NCBI GenBank assembly: GCA_963792965.1
Contig: CAWBYW010000007.1
Location: 1 to 64,000, forward strand
Direction of reading: 5' to 3'
Origin: an uncultured delta proteobacterium
Lineage (GTDB): Bacteria > Desulfobacterota > Zymogenia > Zymogenales > Zymogenaceae
DNA: 64,000 bases
The position numbers were made by a program, and so were the translations under genes. The notes beneath the pieces were generated by a model. The model was given only the letters and a program-made list of their open reading frames with translations, had not been told where the DNA came from and did not search any database. The number at the start of each line of letters is the position of its first letter. The stretch's first letter is position 1. Shown here in pieces: positions 9,774 to 20,938 of the stretch.

Positions 9774-10528
9774 ATGAAGAAAATCTCCCTCTTTATACCC
9801 TGCCTTGTCGACCAGATTCTCCGGGGTGGGAGGCCAGGGGCAAGCTTCCTCATGAAGCTGGGGGCCGAGTGCCGCCTCCGGGTCCAGCGGGGCCTGCTGC
9901 GTCGGGGCTTGTAGACACCAAAGCAGCAGAGCAGAAGAAGAAGACGGCCTGCGCTCCGTGGAGATCATGGATTCGAACGACTATGTCTTTCCGCCTTCAG
10001 GGTCCTACATCCACACCATGACAAAGACGTGTCCCGATCTCCTGGCCAGGACAGGGGCGCGAGAGAAGGCACAAGAGCTCTCGGAGCGAGTCCAGGAAGC
10101 CTCCAGTCCGTCGTCGACGTAGTGAAGGTGACCAACGTCGGAGCCATTTTCGACGACGGAAACGGTGGAAGGAAGAGAGGCCGCCGAAGGTCAGCAGCCG
10201 CCGCTCATGCCATATCATCCGGGGGCTTCGATCTCCGGCGGGCCGGGACGCTCTTCGAACGTCGAGGGATCGAAGTCGTGCCCCTCATGCATGAGAGCGC
10301 CCTATCCAGATTCGAAGCCAGTTCTCAGCCGCCTCTGCGGAGGGATCTGTGGCCATGGTGAAAGACAAGGTAGATAACGTCGTGGCAAGCGGCGCGCAAT
10401 ACCTCGTCCTGTCCGAGCCCGGCTGCATACTCAACATCAGGGGCTTTATTGAGCGGAAGAAGATTCCGATCACGGTGGTTCATCTTGCCCAGCTCCTGGC
10501 GGGGGTCGTGAAACCGGAGGGTCGTTGA
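9774..10528 (+). pseudogene. lutA: LutA/YkgE (CCG-domain Fe-S protein), middle heavily garbled
   Basis: Start MKKISLFIPCLVDQIL at 9774; intact C-terminus MVKDKVDNVVASGAQYLVLSEPGCILNI...HLAQLL; precedes lutB. Confidence 0.8.
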
Positions 10529-10552
10529 CTCTCGATGAGACTGAGGTGACGT

Positions 10553-11989
10553 GTGAAGATCGAGGTAGAGAAATTTAGACAGAGTGCTCGTGAGGGACTC
10601 GGCAATGACGGCCAACAGACACTGCTGGCGAAGTTCCCCCTCATCTTCAAGGCGCTCAGGGATTATTCTTTCTCGACGCTGCCCAACGCACAGGAAGTGC
10701 TGGCCCGCGGCGCCGAAATACGTCGCGAATCGGTGAGGAACCTTCCCCGATATCTCGAATCGTTCGAGACAAACGTCCTCAAAAACGGCGGTACGGTATT
10801 CTGGGCGCGTGACCATAAGGAGGCGCGCGATTTCATCGCCGGGCTCGCGCGAGAAAAAGGGGTCAGAACCGTCACGAAGGGCAAGTCGATGCTGACGGAG
10901 GAGATGGACCTTAACCACGCTCTGAAGGATATCGGCGTTGACGTCTTTGAGACCGATCTTGGTGAGTTCATCACCCAGCAAATGGAGCGACCGCCTTTTC
11001 ACATCGTCGGCCCGGCCCTCAACATATCGCCGAAGAGATCGCCGATCTCTTCGTGGGGTTCTGGGGGTTAAAAAAACGCTGGAAGTGAGTGGCCTGACGA
11101 TGCAGGCCAGGGGCTTCCTCCGTGAGAAATTCCGAGCAGCCGAGATGGGGATCACGGGCGTCAATATGGGCATCGCCGACACCGGCACAATGGTGCTCGT
11201 CGAAAACGAGGGGAACATCCGCTACTGTTCGGGAGCGCCGAAGATTCACGTCGCGGTGATGGGGATAGAGAAGATCGTTCCCACCATAAACGACGCCTTG
11301 TGTATACTCCGGCTCCTGACCCGAAGCTGCACCGGGCAGGCGATATCCAGTTATGTAAACTTCATCTCCGGACCGAAGAGGGAAGGAAAATGGGGCGGTT
11401 CCCGGAGGAGCTCTATGTGGTCATCGTAGACGGGGGAAGGTCGAAAATCTACGCAGACCCGGACATGCGTGAAGTGCTCCAGTGTATCAAGTGCGGAGCA
11501 TGCCTCAATTTCTGCCCTGTCTGGACCAAGGTTCGGGGCTGTCCCTACGGCTGGGTCTATTCGGGCCCCATCGGCTCGATTTTGAACCCGCTCTTCCTCG
11601 GGCTTGACCGGGCCTCGGACCTCTACCGGGCCACCACGCTCTGCGGCGCGTGCCATGGAAGTCTGCCCCGCCGGAATAAACCACCCGAGGCTATTTCTGA
11701 AGCTCCGGGAAAAGCGTGCGAGGGGAGACAAGACGTTTGGCGCGCGCAGACCGCCTTTGATGGAGCGGCTTACCTTCTGCCTGTGGGCGTGGGGAATCGG
11801 CCGTGAATCGCGCTACCGTGCTGCGGGAAAGCTGCTCAGGTGGGCGTTGAGGCCGATTTTGAGAAACGGGAGGGTCGGAAGTCTACCCGGGATGGGAAAG
11901 GGGTGGACCGCCGTTCGCGACCTGCCCTACCCACCGAAAAGACCTTTCGGGAGCGGTGGAAGGATAGTGGTGAGGTTGCCGACAGATGA
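10553..11989 (+). pseudogene. lutB: LutB/LldF lactate-utilization Fe-S protein, several frameshifts
   Basis: KGKSM, ETDLGEFI, ENEGN, GIEKIVP, CIKCGACLNFCPVW, LCGAC..CP spread over several ORF fragments; TGA overlaps the lutC ATG. Confidence 0.88.
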
Positions 11990-12652
11990 AGTCAAAGAGA
12001 ACCGCAAAAGAAGAGATCATGACGAGACTGAGGGAAGGGAGCCTTCGTGGAGAGACTCAGCCGGCGGCACGCTTGCGTGAACCGACGCGCGAGGCACCGG
12101 ACATCGCCGCGCTTATCGATCTCTTGTCAGACAAAGGCGACGATGGCCGGAAGCGTCGTGAAACGGATTGGCTCAATAGATACGGCTGCATCGGAAGTCG
12201 TCGCCCTCATGAAGGACGGGGGGCTCTCATCCGCGGTGATCACAAGGGAACACATCATTACGGAGGCGCGTGTTGAACAAGCCATGAGGGAAGCCGGCAT
12301 GACGCTTTTCCAACCGGCCCTCGATACTGTCGCGCACAAAGAGGCCTGTTTCCGTTCCGATGTGGGGATCACCGGCGCACTCTTCGGGATCGCTGAGACC
12401 GGGAGCCTGGCGCTGGTCTTTGGCGGAGAAAATCCGCGGCTCGCTCCCACGCTCCTTTTGCCACATAGCGCTCCTCAAGGCGAAGGATATCCTGCCCGAT
12501 GCAGAGACCCTGTTTAGAAGCTCGCGAAGCGTGGAATATCGCCCTCGGCGATGGCGCTTGCGACCGGGCCGTCGACGACATCGGATATCGCGCTGACGCC
12601 GACCAAGGGCATCCACGGCCCCGGAAAAGTCTTCGTCATCCTCATCGATTGA
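11986..12652 (+). pseudogene. lutC: LutC/LUD-domain protein, frameshifted
   Basis: VGITGALFGIAETGSL, HIALL, TGPS-TSDI...GIHGPGKV motifs over several frames. Confidence 0.82.
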
Positions 12653-12745
12653 AAGGGGCTCATATCGCTTGGATATCTCGCGGCGCTTTCGGGTTATACG
12701 GCCGGCCGCCCGAAAATTAAGTTAACATTAGCGGAGGAGCGCAGT

Positions 12746-13333
12746 ATGAACCAGGAAGAAAAGACGGTAACCAATCTGGCCGTCCGGTCGGTGTTTGATT
12801 CCCTTGCCGAGATCATGGGCGAAAACGCACGCAATATCGTCTTCCGTGCGGCGGGTTTCTCACGCCTCATCGAGGCGCCACCCGAATACGACTGGAACAA
12901 AGAATTCACCAACAGGGAGCAGCTGAGCATATACCGCGAAATCGTGAAGCTGGTGGGCGCGGTCGGCTCACAGGGGATCCTGCGTCAGATCGGCTACAAA
13001 AACGCGGATCTCCTTGTTATGCGCTTCGGGCTGTTCGATCATCTTAAGGACCTGGTACCCGAACAGAAGTTTCAAAAATCGCTCGAACTGCTCGCCCTTG
13101 GAATCGGGCGTGGAAAAGTCGTCCAGGAGAGCCGGAAAAGGGCTGCGATGGATGTCTTTGACTGCACGGTGTGCGAAGGCGAGACCAGTAAGAAGCCGTA
13201 CTGTTCCAACTACTCGGGGGCGATCAGCTTTTTTGCCGACTGGTCTTTGGGAAAGGGGAAATACGTCGTCATTGAGACCAAGTGCAAGGCCCTCGGTGAC
13301 GAAACCTGCTATTTCGAGCTCAAGGAGCGATAG
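12746..13333 (+). CDS. Stand-alone V4R domain protein
   Basis: GGAGGAG RBS; DCTVCEG, PYC, VIETKCKALGDETCYFEL V4R signature. Confidence 0.82.
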   Translation: MNQEEKTVTNLAVRSVFDSLAEIMGENARNIVFRAAGFSRLIEAPPEYDWNKEFTNREQLSIYREIVKLVGAVGSQGILRQIGYKNADLLVMRFGLFDHLKDLVPEQKFQKSLELLALGIGRGKVVQESRKRAAMDVFDCTVCEGETSKKPYCSNYSGAISFFADWSLGKGKYVVIETKCKALGDETCYFELKER

Positions 13334-13458
13334 GGTACCCCGAAGAATTTTCTTCCTGTATCCATCAAGACGGCACCGTCGATGAATGGGGAGCCCGCGC
13401 GATTTCCGCAAGATGAGAGGCGGCCACAGCCGATTTTAAGGGAGGCACCGACCCTACG

Positions 13459-15993
13459 ATGGATCAAATTCCTGACAAGTTTTGGGGCGTCGAGGCGGAG
13501 CGCCTCCTAACCCTCTTGGAAACCTCTCGGTCCGGGCTTTCAGATCAGGAAGCGGAAAATCGACTCAAAATATTCGGTCCCAATCGCCCGAAGCCGCAAA
13601 AAGAATTCGGTGTGGTCGATCTCTTCCTTTCGCAGTTCAAGAGCCCCATTGTCATTATCCTCATCGCGGCCGCCCTCCTGTCATATTTTCTCCACGACCC
13701 TACCGATTCCCTCATCATCCTGGCCATCGTCCTGGTCACCGCGATCCTCGGGTTCTGGCAGGAAAGGGGGCGACCGATGCCTGAAGAAGCTCCTTGCCAT
13801 CGTGACGGTCAGGGCCCAAGTGCTGAGGGATGGTAATATCTCCGAGATCCCTTTTGAGGGTGTGGTGCCGGGAGATATCGTTGAACTCTCGGCGGGACGG
13901 GCCATTCCAGGTGATTGCCTCATCATCGAAGCCAAGGACCTCTTTGCCAATGAGGCCACCCTCACGGGTGAGACCTACCCGGTGGAGAAGAGCCCCGGTG
14001 TCATCGATCCGGGCACGCCCCTATCGGGGCGGACAAATGCGCTCTTTGCCGGAAGCTTTGTCGTCTCCGGCACCGCACGTGCCGTGGTCGCCTCCGTCGC
14101 GAACAAGACGGAGATCGGCAAGATTACACAGCGATTGGCCCTTAAGGCGCCCGAGACGGAATTCGAGCACGGCGTTAAGCATTTCGGGTTTTTCCTCATG
14201 GAGATCACGCTCGTTCTCGTGATCGCCATCTTTGGAATCAACGTATTTCTCAAGAGGCCGGTCCTGGAGTCTTTCTTATTTTCCGTCGCGCTTGCCGTAG
14301 GTTTGACCCCGCAACTCTTGCCGGCCATCATCACGATCAACCTCTCCTACGGCGCCAGGCATATGGCCAAGAAGAAGGTCATACTCAAGCGTCTTTCCTC
14401 CATCGAGGATTTCGGCAGCATGAACGTCCTCTGCTCGGATAAAACCGGCACCCTGACCGAGGGAATCGTTACCATACACTCCGGGCAGGACATCAGGGAA
14501 ATGACTCCGACCACGTCCTTCTTTTAGCCTACCTCAACGCCCGGTTTGAGTCAGGGTTTCCCAACCCCATCGACGAAGCGATTCGTACGTTTCGGCAGTT
14601 CGATCTGGCAGGGATAGAAAAACATGACGAGATCCCGTACGATTTCATCCGCAAGCGATTGACCATCTCGACTATCAAAGACGGACAATATCTCCTGATC
14701 ACCAAGGGCGCCGTGTCGAATATGCTCGACGTGTGCGACCGGGCCAGGAAGTCCGACGGGTCGGCCGTCGAGATCGGTTCAGTCCAAGCAGAGATCAAGC
14801 GGCGATATGAGGAGCTGAGTGCACAGGGTTTTAGAACGCTTGCGGTCGCCACAAAAGAACCGAAGACGGGCGCCCCTATTACGAAGGAAGACGAGACCGC
14901 GATGGTCCTTGAGGGATTTGTCGTGCTTTTCGACCCGCCCAAAAAGGACGTCGGCGGGGTGATCGGTCGCCTGAAAGAAACAGGGGTCAATCTGAAGATC
15001 ATCACCGGTGACAACGCTCTGGTCGCCGCGCAGGTCGCACATGAGGTGGGCCTCTCGGGCGATAGGATCATCACGGGCAGTGAGATTTCCCGGATGAGCG
15101 ACGAGGCCCTCGGCAACCGGGCACGCGATACCGACATTTTTGCGGAGATAGAGCCGAACCAGAAGGAGCAGATTATCCACGCTTTGAGGAAGTCGGGCAA
15201 TGTCGTGGGGTATATGGGAGACGGCATCAACGATGCGACGGCGCTCCATGCCGCCGACGTGGCTATTTCGGTAGACACCGCCGTGGATGTCGCAAAGGCC
15301 AGCGCCGATATCGTGTTGCTCGAAAAGGATCTCGGCGTCCTGCTGGACGGCATCCATGAGGGGAGAAAGACCTTTGCCAACACCATGAAATATGTCTTCA
15401 TGGCCACGAGCGCCAATTTCGGAAACATGTTCAGCATGGCGGGTGCGTCGCTCTTCCTCACGTTCCTGCCCCTTCTACCCAAGCAGATTCTTCTCACCAA
15501 CCTGCTGACCGATTTTCCCGAGATGACGATCGCCTCCGATCACGTGGACGACCGGATGATCCAGAAGCCCCGTCGATGGGACATAAAATTCATCCGAAAC
15601 TTCATGATGGTCTTCGGCCCACTGAGCTCGATCTTTGACTTCGTCACGTTCGGGGTGCTCCTGTTCGTCCTCAACGCATCGCCGGCGGAGTTCAGGACGG
15701 GGTGGTTCGTGGAGTCGGTCGTCTCGGCGTCGATGGTAGTGCTGGTGATTCGTACCCGGCGGCCCTTTTTCTTGAGCATGCCGTCACGCCCGCTCTTCCT
15801 GGTGACCGTCGCTATCGCGATCCTCACCGTCATTCTCCCCTTTACCGCCCTCGGCCGTCTTTTCGGGTTTGTGGCGCTTCCGATCTCATTTCTCGGCATG
15901 CTCGGCGGGATCATCCTTGTATATGTCGTCGGAGCGGAGATCACCAAGCGCGTATTTTTCGGATGGACAGCGGGTCGAAAAGGAGAGGCATAA
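13459..15993 (+). CDS. mgtA: MgtA-like (P3B) P-type ATPase; frameshifts near 13775 and 14500
   Basis: GLS--EA, LTGET, CSDKTGTLT, KGA, TGDN, GDGINDA, SANFGNMFS, TGWFVES. Confidence 0.88.
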
Positions 15994-16159
15994 AGACCGC
16001 GCCGCCTCTCGGTCATGGAGAGCGTTTGGCCCCGCACGGATTTGAAGAGAATACGACCGACCCATGCCGTATTCTATTGACAAGACCGGCGGTTCTTGAG
16101 ATATATTCACCTTTCCGAGGTCCTCCCGATTTGAACGGGCGAAAAGGAAGGAGAAGAGT

Positions 16160-16921
16160 GTGGATCTGGGCGTTCTGGGACATATCGAGTTTACCTGGCA
16201 GTTCTTCTTCGGCTTCCTCTCCATCGTCCTGATCGACCTGATCCTTGCAGGGGACAACGCCGTGGTAATCGCCATGGCGGTTCGCAGCCTTCCCCGAAAG
16301 GATCGGACAAGGGGGATCATCCTCGGTGCGGGGGCGGCGGTCGTCCTCAGGGTGATCCTTACCTTTTTCGCCGCTCAGCTTCTGCAGATCCAATTCATCA
16401 AGTTCTTCGGGGGCGTCCTGATCATCTGGATTGCGGTAAGGCTCTTCATCAGCGGCGGTGACGAGCACGACGTAAAGAAGGTCGCCCAGACCATCTGGCA
16501 GGCGATGTGGCTCATCGTCATAGCCGATATCACGATGTCCACCGACAATATCCTTGCCGTGGCGGGGGCATCCAAGGGCAACCTCTTCCTCCTCATTTTC
16601 GGACTCGGCCTCTCCATCCCCTTCGTGGTCTTGACAAGTAACCTTCTGTCTATACTCATGGACAAGTACCCGATAATCATCTATATCGGGACGATGGTCT
16701 TGGGCCGCGTCGGCGGAGAGATGATGATCACCGATCCCTTTGTGGTCGGGCGGCTCGGCCATTCGAAGCTTCTTGAATACTCCGTTCAGGTCTTCTTTGC
16801 CATCGGGGTCGTCGTTTTCGGAAAGCTCTGGGTGAAGATGAAGCGATCACGGGAAGATAGTGATACTGAGCATCTCGTCCGGCCTCACGCATCGGACGCA
16901 CCTCGGAACGATCAGGAGTAG
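16160..16921 (+). CDS. TerC/YjbE family membrane protein
   Basis: IDLILAGDNAVVIA and ADITMSTDNILAVAGA motifs. Confidence 0.92.
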   Translation: MDLGVLGHIEFTWQFFFGFLSIVLIDLILAGDNAVVIAMAVRSLPRKDRTRGIILGAGAAVVLRVILTFFAAQLLQIQFIKFFGGVLIIWIAVRLFISGGDEHDVKKVAQTIWQAMWLIVIADITMSTDNILAVAGASKGNLFLLIFGLGLSIPFVVLTSNLLSILMDKYPIIIYIGTMVLGRVGGEMMITDPFVVGRLGHSKLLEYSVQVFFAIGVVVFGKLWVKMKRSREDSDTEHLVRPHASDAPRNDQE

Positions 16922-16924
16922 GTA

Positions 16925-17728
16925 ATGGCGATTCTTACTATTTCACGGGAGTGCCAGAGCGGCAGCCACGAGGTCGGAACGGCCGTGGCCAAAAGTCTCG
17001 GCTACGAGTTTGTCAGTAAGAAGCGAATCGTTGCCGACATCAAGAAATACGGCAAACGATGGCCGGGGGCGGATCTGGCGTTTGACGAAAATTCTCCCTC
17101 AATCTGGGAGCGTTTCGACTGGGAGTACCAGGGCGTTATCTCACTGGTTGAATCGATCATCCTCGACCATGCGCTGAGGGACAACACGGTAATCCTGGGG
17201 CGGGGCGGGAATTACCTCCTCAGGGATATTCCTCATGCGTTGAGGATTCGACTCGTGGCGCCTCTTGAGATTCGGGTCGGCCGAATGATGAAAGAGGATC
17301 ACGTCGACGAAAAGACGGCGCGACACGAAATCGCCCGGATCGACGAATCCCGGGCCGACTACGTGAGCAAGAACTACGGCAGCGATTGGGAAGAGCTCGG
17401 GCACTACGACATGGTCCTCAACACAGGATCGGAGACCTATGACGAGATTGAGGGCATGCTCGTGGCCGCCCTCGTCGATCGAGACAAACATAAGACCGCC
17501 GAGGCGCTGGATCTCCTGACGGGACGGGCCGAAGCCGCCAGGATCAAGGCCGCCGTCGCCACGGACGCCCGCCTTAACGTGCCGACCTTCCAGGCTGTCT
17601 ATGACGGAAAGTCAATCGTCCTGTCGGGGATTGTCCACAATCCCAAGGAGCACCGGCTGATCGAGGAGATCGCGGGAAATATCCCGGTCACGAGGCCGAT
17701 CATAAGCCAGATACACTACCGAGGGTAG
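16925..17728 (+). CDS. Cytidylate kinase-like family protein with C-terminal BON-like domain
   Basis: ILTISRE--SG, VILGRGG, D--RA-Y...YDMVLNT; C-terminal IKAA...IVLSGIV. Confidence 0.8.
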   Translation: MAILTISRECQSGSHEVGTAVAKSLGYEFVSKKRIVADIKKYGKRWPGADLAFDENSPSIWERFDWEYQGVISLVESIILDHALRDNTVILGRGGNYLLRDIPHALRIRLVAPLEIRVGRMMKEDHVDEKTARHEIARIDESRADYVSKNYGSDWEELGHYDMVLNTGSETYDEIEGMLVAALVDRDKHKTAEALDLLTGRAEAARIKAAVATDARLNVPTFQAVYDGKSIVLSGIVHNPKEHRLIEEIAGNIPVTRPIISQIHYRG

Positions 17729-17805
17729 GGCGTAACCGTCCCGTGCCTACGCTCATGACGTACCGACGAGCATGACCCGACATGGGGCGCCGATTAATAA
17801 CGGCC

Positions 17806-20194
17806 CTATTTCCCCGGGATGAACTTCAACGTCCCGACCCCGACTTCCCTGATATCCTTTTCGTCGACGAGCCAATCTCCGTATTCGCCCTTGAGGAACA
17901 TATCCGTCATGTCCTCGCGGTACGGGCTGGTCAGCGAAGCACATTCCCCCGTCGAGAGGACGATAAGCGATCGATTGAGGTTTGAGAAATCGACGATATA
18001 GCGAATTGAAGCGGTGATGTCTACATCGTAAGGCTTGTTCTTGTTATACCCGCCCCGATCGAGCGATTGGTCGCTCCCGCCGAAGGGGAAGGGCCCATAA
18101 TCGAAAAACGGCCGCAGGACATTGACCTGGCCGAAGACGTGCCTGAACTCGACGGGATGGATCGCTCCCCACCGCCATTTCGTCGGATTGTTTCCCATCT
18201 TCTCCGACAGGAGGACCACCGCCTCTCCAAAGGCCCTCATGAGGGTGTCGTCAAAGGTCTCTTTTTTCTCGGTCGTGACGTCATCGAAGAAAGGACTGGT
18301 CCGGTCGCTCGTGACGAGACGATACAGCGTATTGGTCGCAATACCCTTATCTTCCATAAAGCTTTTAAAGAGATCGGCGCCGAGCTCGTCCTTGAACGTG
18401 TCGACCAGGAGCGTATTGAATGTGGTCTCGAAAATCGCGGCCCCGGACGAATCGGGCTGTGACTCGCAGTCCCATCCGGCGAGCACGTCGACGTAGGGGA
18501 TCAGCTCTTTTGTGGCCCCCCGCTTGAGGGAGGCGACAAAGATCGGGACGATGTGTTGGGCAAAGGTCGATTTCACGTCGAGCTGCATCTCTTTCATGTC
18601 GGCGACGCCGAGCTTGTCCTTTGCTCTGAGGCGCTCATCGATCCTGATGGCCCGCCACGGCGGCTCCCAGTATTCCGTGTAGAACGCCGGCGTCGCACCC
18701 TTGATACGGGGGGTTATTGGCGGTCCCGATATATCCCTTCTCGGGGTTGAAAAGGATCGGCATCTGGCTAAATGGATAGTATCCCTGCCATTCGTACTGG
18801 CCGTCCCAGCCCGGTTTGGGCAGCAGCCCCTTGCTGTTCTTCCTGATGGGACATTTCCCGGCGCCGACGTAGCCGATGTTTCCAAGGGTGTCGGCATAAA
18901 CGTAGTGCTGCGGGCCGGCGGCGTAAATCGAGAGGGCTTCTTTGAATTCGTCCCAGTTCTGGGCGGCGTTGATTCGATAGAGCGCCTCAAGGAGCGGCCA
19001 TGGCTCAAACCCCTGCGCCCGGAGACTTACCGGCGGCATCTTGCCCAGGCCCTCCTCAACGTCGTTGATGATCGGGCCGTGGGGCGTGAGGCGGACCGTG
19101 ATCTTTTCTTCAGTCATCCCCTTGTCGCCCTTAACGGGTATCGTTTCGGTGATCAGCTTCAGGTCAACCCATTTGCCGTTATACATGACCTGATTTGGAT
19201 TGTCGGGATTGAGTTTTTCGATATAGAGGTCCTGCGTGTCCATCGTGAAGTTCGTGACTCCCCAGGCGATCTTCTTATTGTGACCGAAGATGAAAACAGG
19301 GGCGCCGGGGAACATCGCGCCGGCGACATCCATGCCGCCGCCGACGAGGTGGGAGAGGTGCCACTGGGTGGGCATCTCCGGGCCGGACTCATGGGAGTCC
19401 TCGCAGAGAATGGGCATGCCGGTCGTCGATTTCTTTCCCGAGATAACCCAGTTGTTGCTTGCGAACTCCCGGTTTATAAAGTAGGCCAGGAAGTTTCGGG
19501 AGGTCGGGGAGAGCGCAGTGCCGCCGACAGGTGTGCCCGAGTCCGCGGTGATATAGACCGATTCCTCCGGTATGAAGGGGAGGAAGGTCTGCGCCTTCTC
19601 CGGTCCGAGTTTATTGAGGATGAGCCAGTTGAGTATCTCGTTCTTGTATGCCCAGCCGGCCAGCTGGAAGCTGATGAGGTTTCCGATGGCCTGGGAGTCT
19701 ACGGGGGTCCACCGATCGGGCTTGTAGCGGAGGATCGTGAACTCGACGGGAAGGGGGTTGTTCTCCATATAGGCGTTGATGCCGGCGCAAAAAGCATCGA
19801 CGATCTCCTTGAGGTCGGGTGGGAGCTGTTCGATTTGTTCCTGGGCCGTCCGGGTGAACCCCATGGTCACCAGGTACTTGTCGGCGTCAAGGAGGTCTTT
19901 ACCGAAGACCTCCGAGAGCCGTCCCTCCGCGGCCCTCCGGTAGAAGTCCATCTGAAAGAGACGGTCCTGCGCCTGGCACCAGCCGAGGGCGAAGTAGAGG
20001 TCTTTCTTGTTGTCTGCATAGATATGCGGGACCCCGAGCCTGTCGCGAACGACGGTCGCTCCCGTCTTGATGTCGGGATGACGGACCTCACCTCTATACT
20101 TGGGAAGTACCGCCTTGAGGTAGAACCAGATGCCTCCCGCGAGGAGGAGGACAAGGAGAGACAGGACGATTACGATGCCCTTAAATAGTCTCAC
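17806..20194 (-). CDS. Penicillin acylase family (Ntn hydrolase, S45), membrane-anchored; frameshift near 18700
   Basis: RD--GVPHIYA, AQDRLFQMD, ASNNWVISG, YAD--GNIGY, TANN, WRWG. Confidence 0.88.
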
Positions 20195-20321
20195 GTTAAC
20201 CTCCGTCTTTTTTGCATATCATACCAGAACTATCATGGGGAGTGCAAGCGGGTTTATCCTTGACAATGAAAAAAAGGTGATTAAGTTACTATCAAGAAAG
20301 CAAGAAAAGGAGGGACGGGAC

Positions 20322-20768
20322 ATGAAACTATTTCCGGCAAAAAACTCTTTAGAAGCAATGATGTGCGATGACCTCAAAGACGGGATCGATATCTATGGGA
20401 ATTTCTTCAATGATTTTCTCGGCGACACCTCTCTCTGGGGCTCGGCGCCGAAGATCGATATGTCGGAGACAAAAAAGGATATTGTCGTGAGGGCCGAGCT
20501 TCCCGGAATGGACGTCAAGGATATCGACCTGACCATAGACAACGGAATCCTCACTATATCCGGGCAGAAGCGGTTTGAGTCCGAAGAGGAGGAGATGAAC
20601 AGCTTTTGCCGTGAGACGAGCTACGGATATTTCAGGAGGTCCGTCGAACTCCCGAGCGACGTGGACTCTGAGAAGGTAAACGCCGACTACAAGAGCGGAG
20701 TGCTGAAAATCAAGCTCCCCAAACTTAACGGGAAGGACAAGAAGGTCATCAAAATAGAGGCGCATTAA
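20322..20768 (+). CDS. Hsp20/alpha-crystallin small heat-shock protein
   Basis: AGGAGG RBS; AELPG, E-SYG-F-RS--LP, A-YKSGVLKIKLPK. Confidence 0.92.
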   Translation: MKLFPAKNSLEAMMCDDLKDGIDIYGNFFNDFLGDTSLWGSAPKIDMSETKKDIVVRAELPGMDVKDIDLTIDNGILTISGQKRFESEEEEMNSFCRETSYGYFRRSVELPSDVDSEKVNADYKSGVLKIKLPKLNGKDKKVIKIEAH

Positions 20769-20826
20769 ACAACGTGGCTCACCCAACGGGTGGCCCGAAA
20801 TTATCTCCACATCCCATGTATATCTG

Positions 20827-20851
20827 CCCCGGAAAAATCCGGGGTTTTTTT
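20827..20851 (+). terminator. Intrinsic terminator after hsp20
   Basis: ccccgga-aaaa-tccgggg followed by T7. Confidence 0.8.
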
Positions 20852-20938
20852 ATGTCGTCCTGAGCACACGCCGTTTTCGGGGTAGGTGGGAGAAAAAAGG
20901 TGGAATAAGCACGGCGAAAGTGATATCTTAATATTATT

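Noticed and set aside
15993-16160. yybP-ykoY riboswitch before terC
   Set aside because: No recognisable consensus by eye
18701-20188. 495-aa + strand ORF
   Set aside because: Antisense shadow of the penicillin acylase in GC-rich DNA; no motifs
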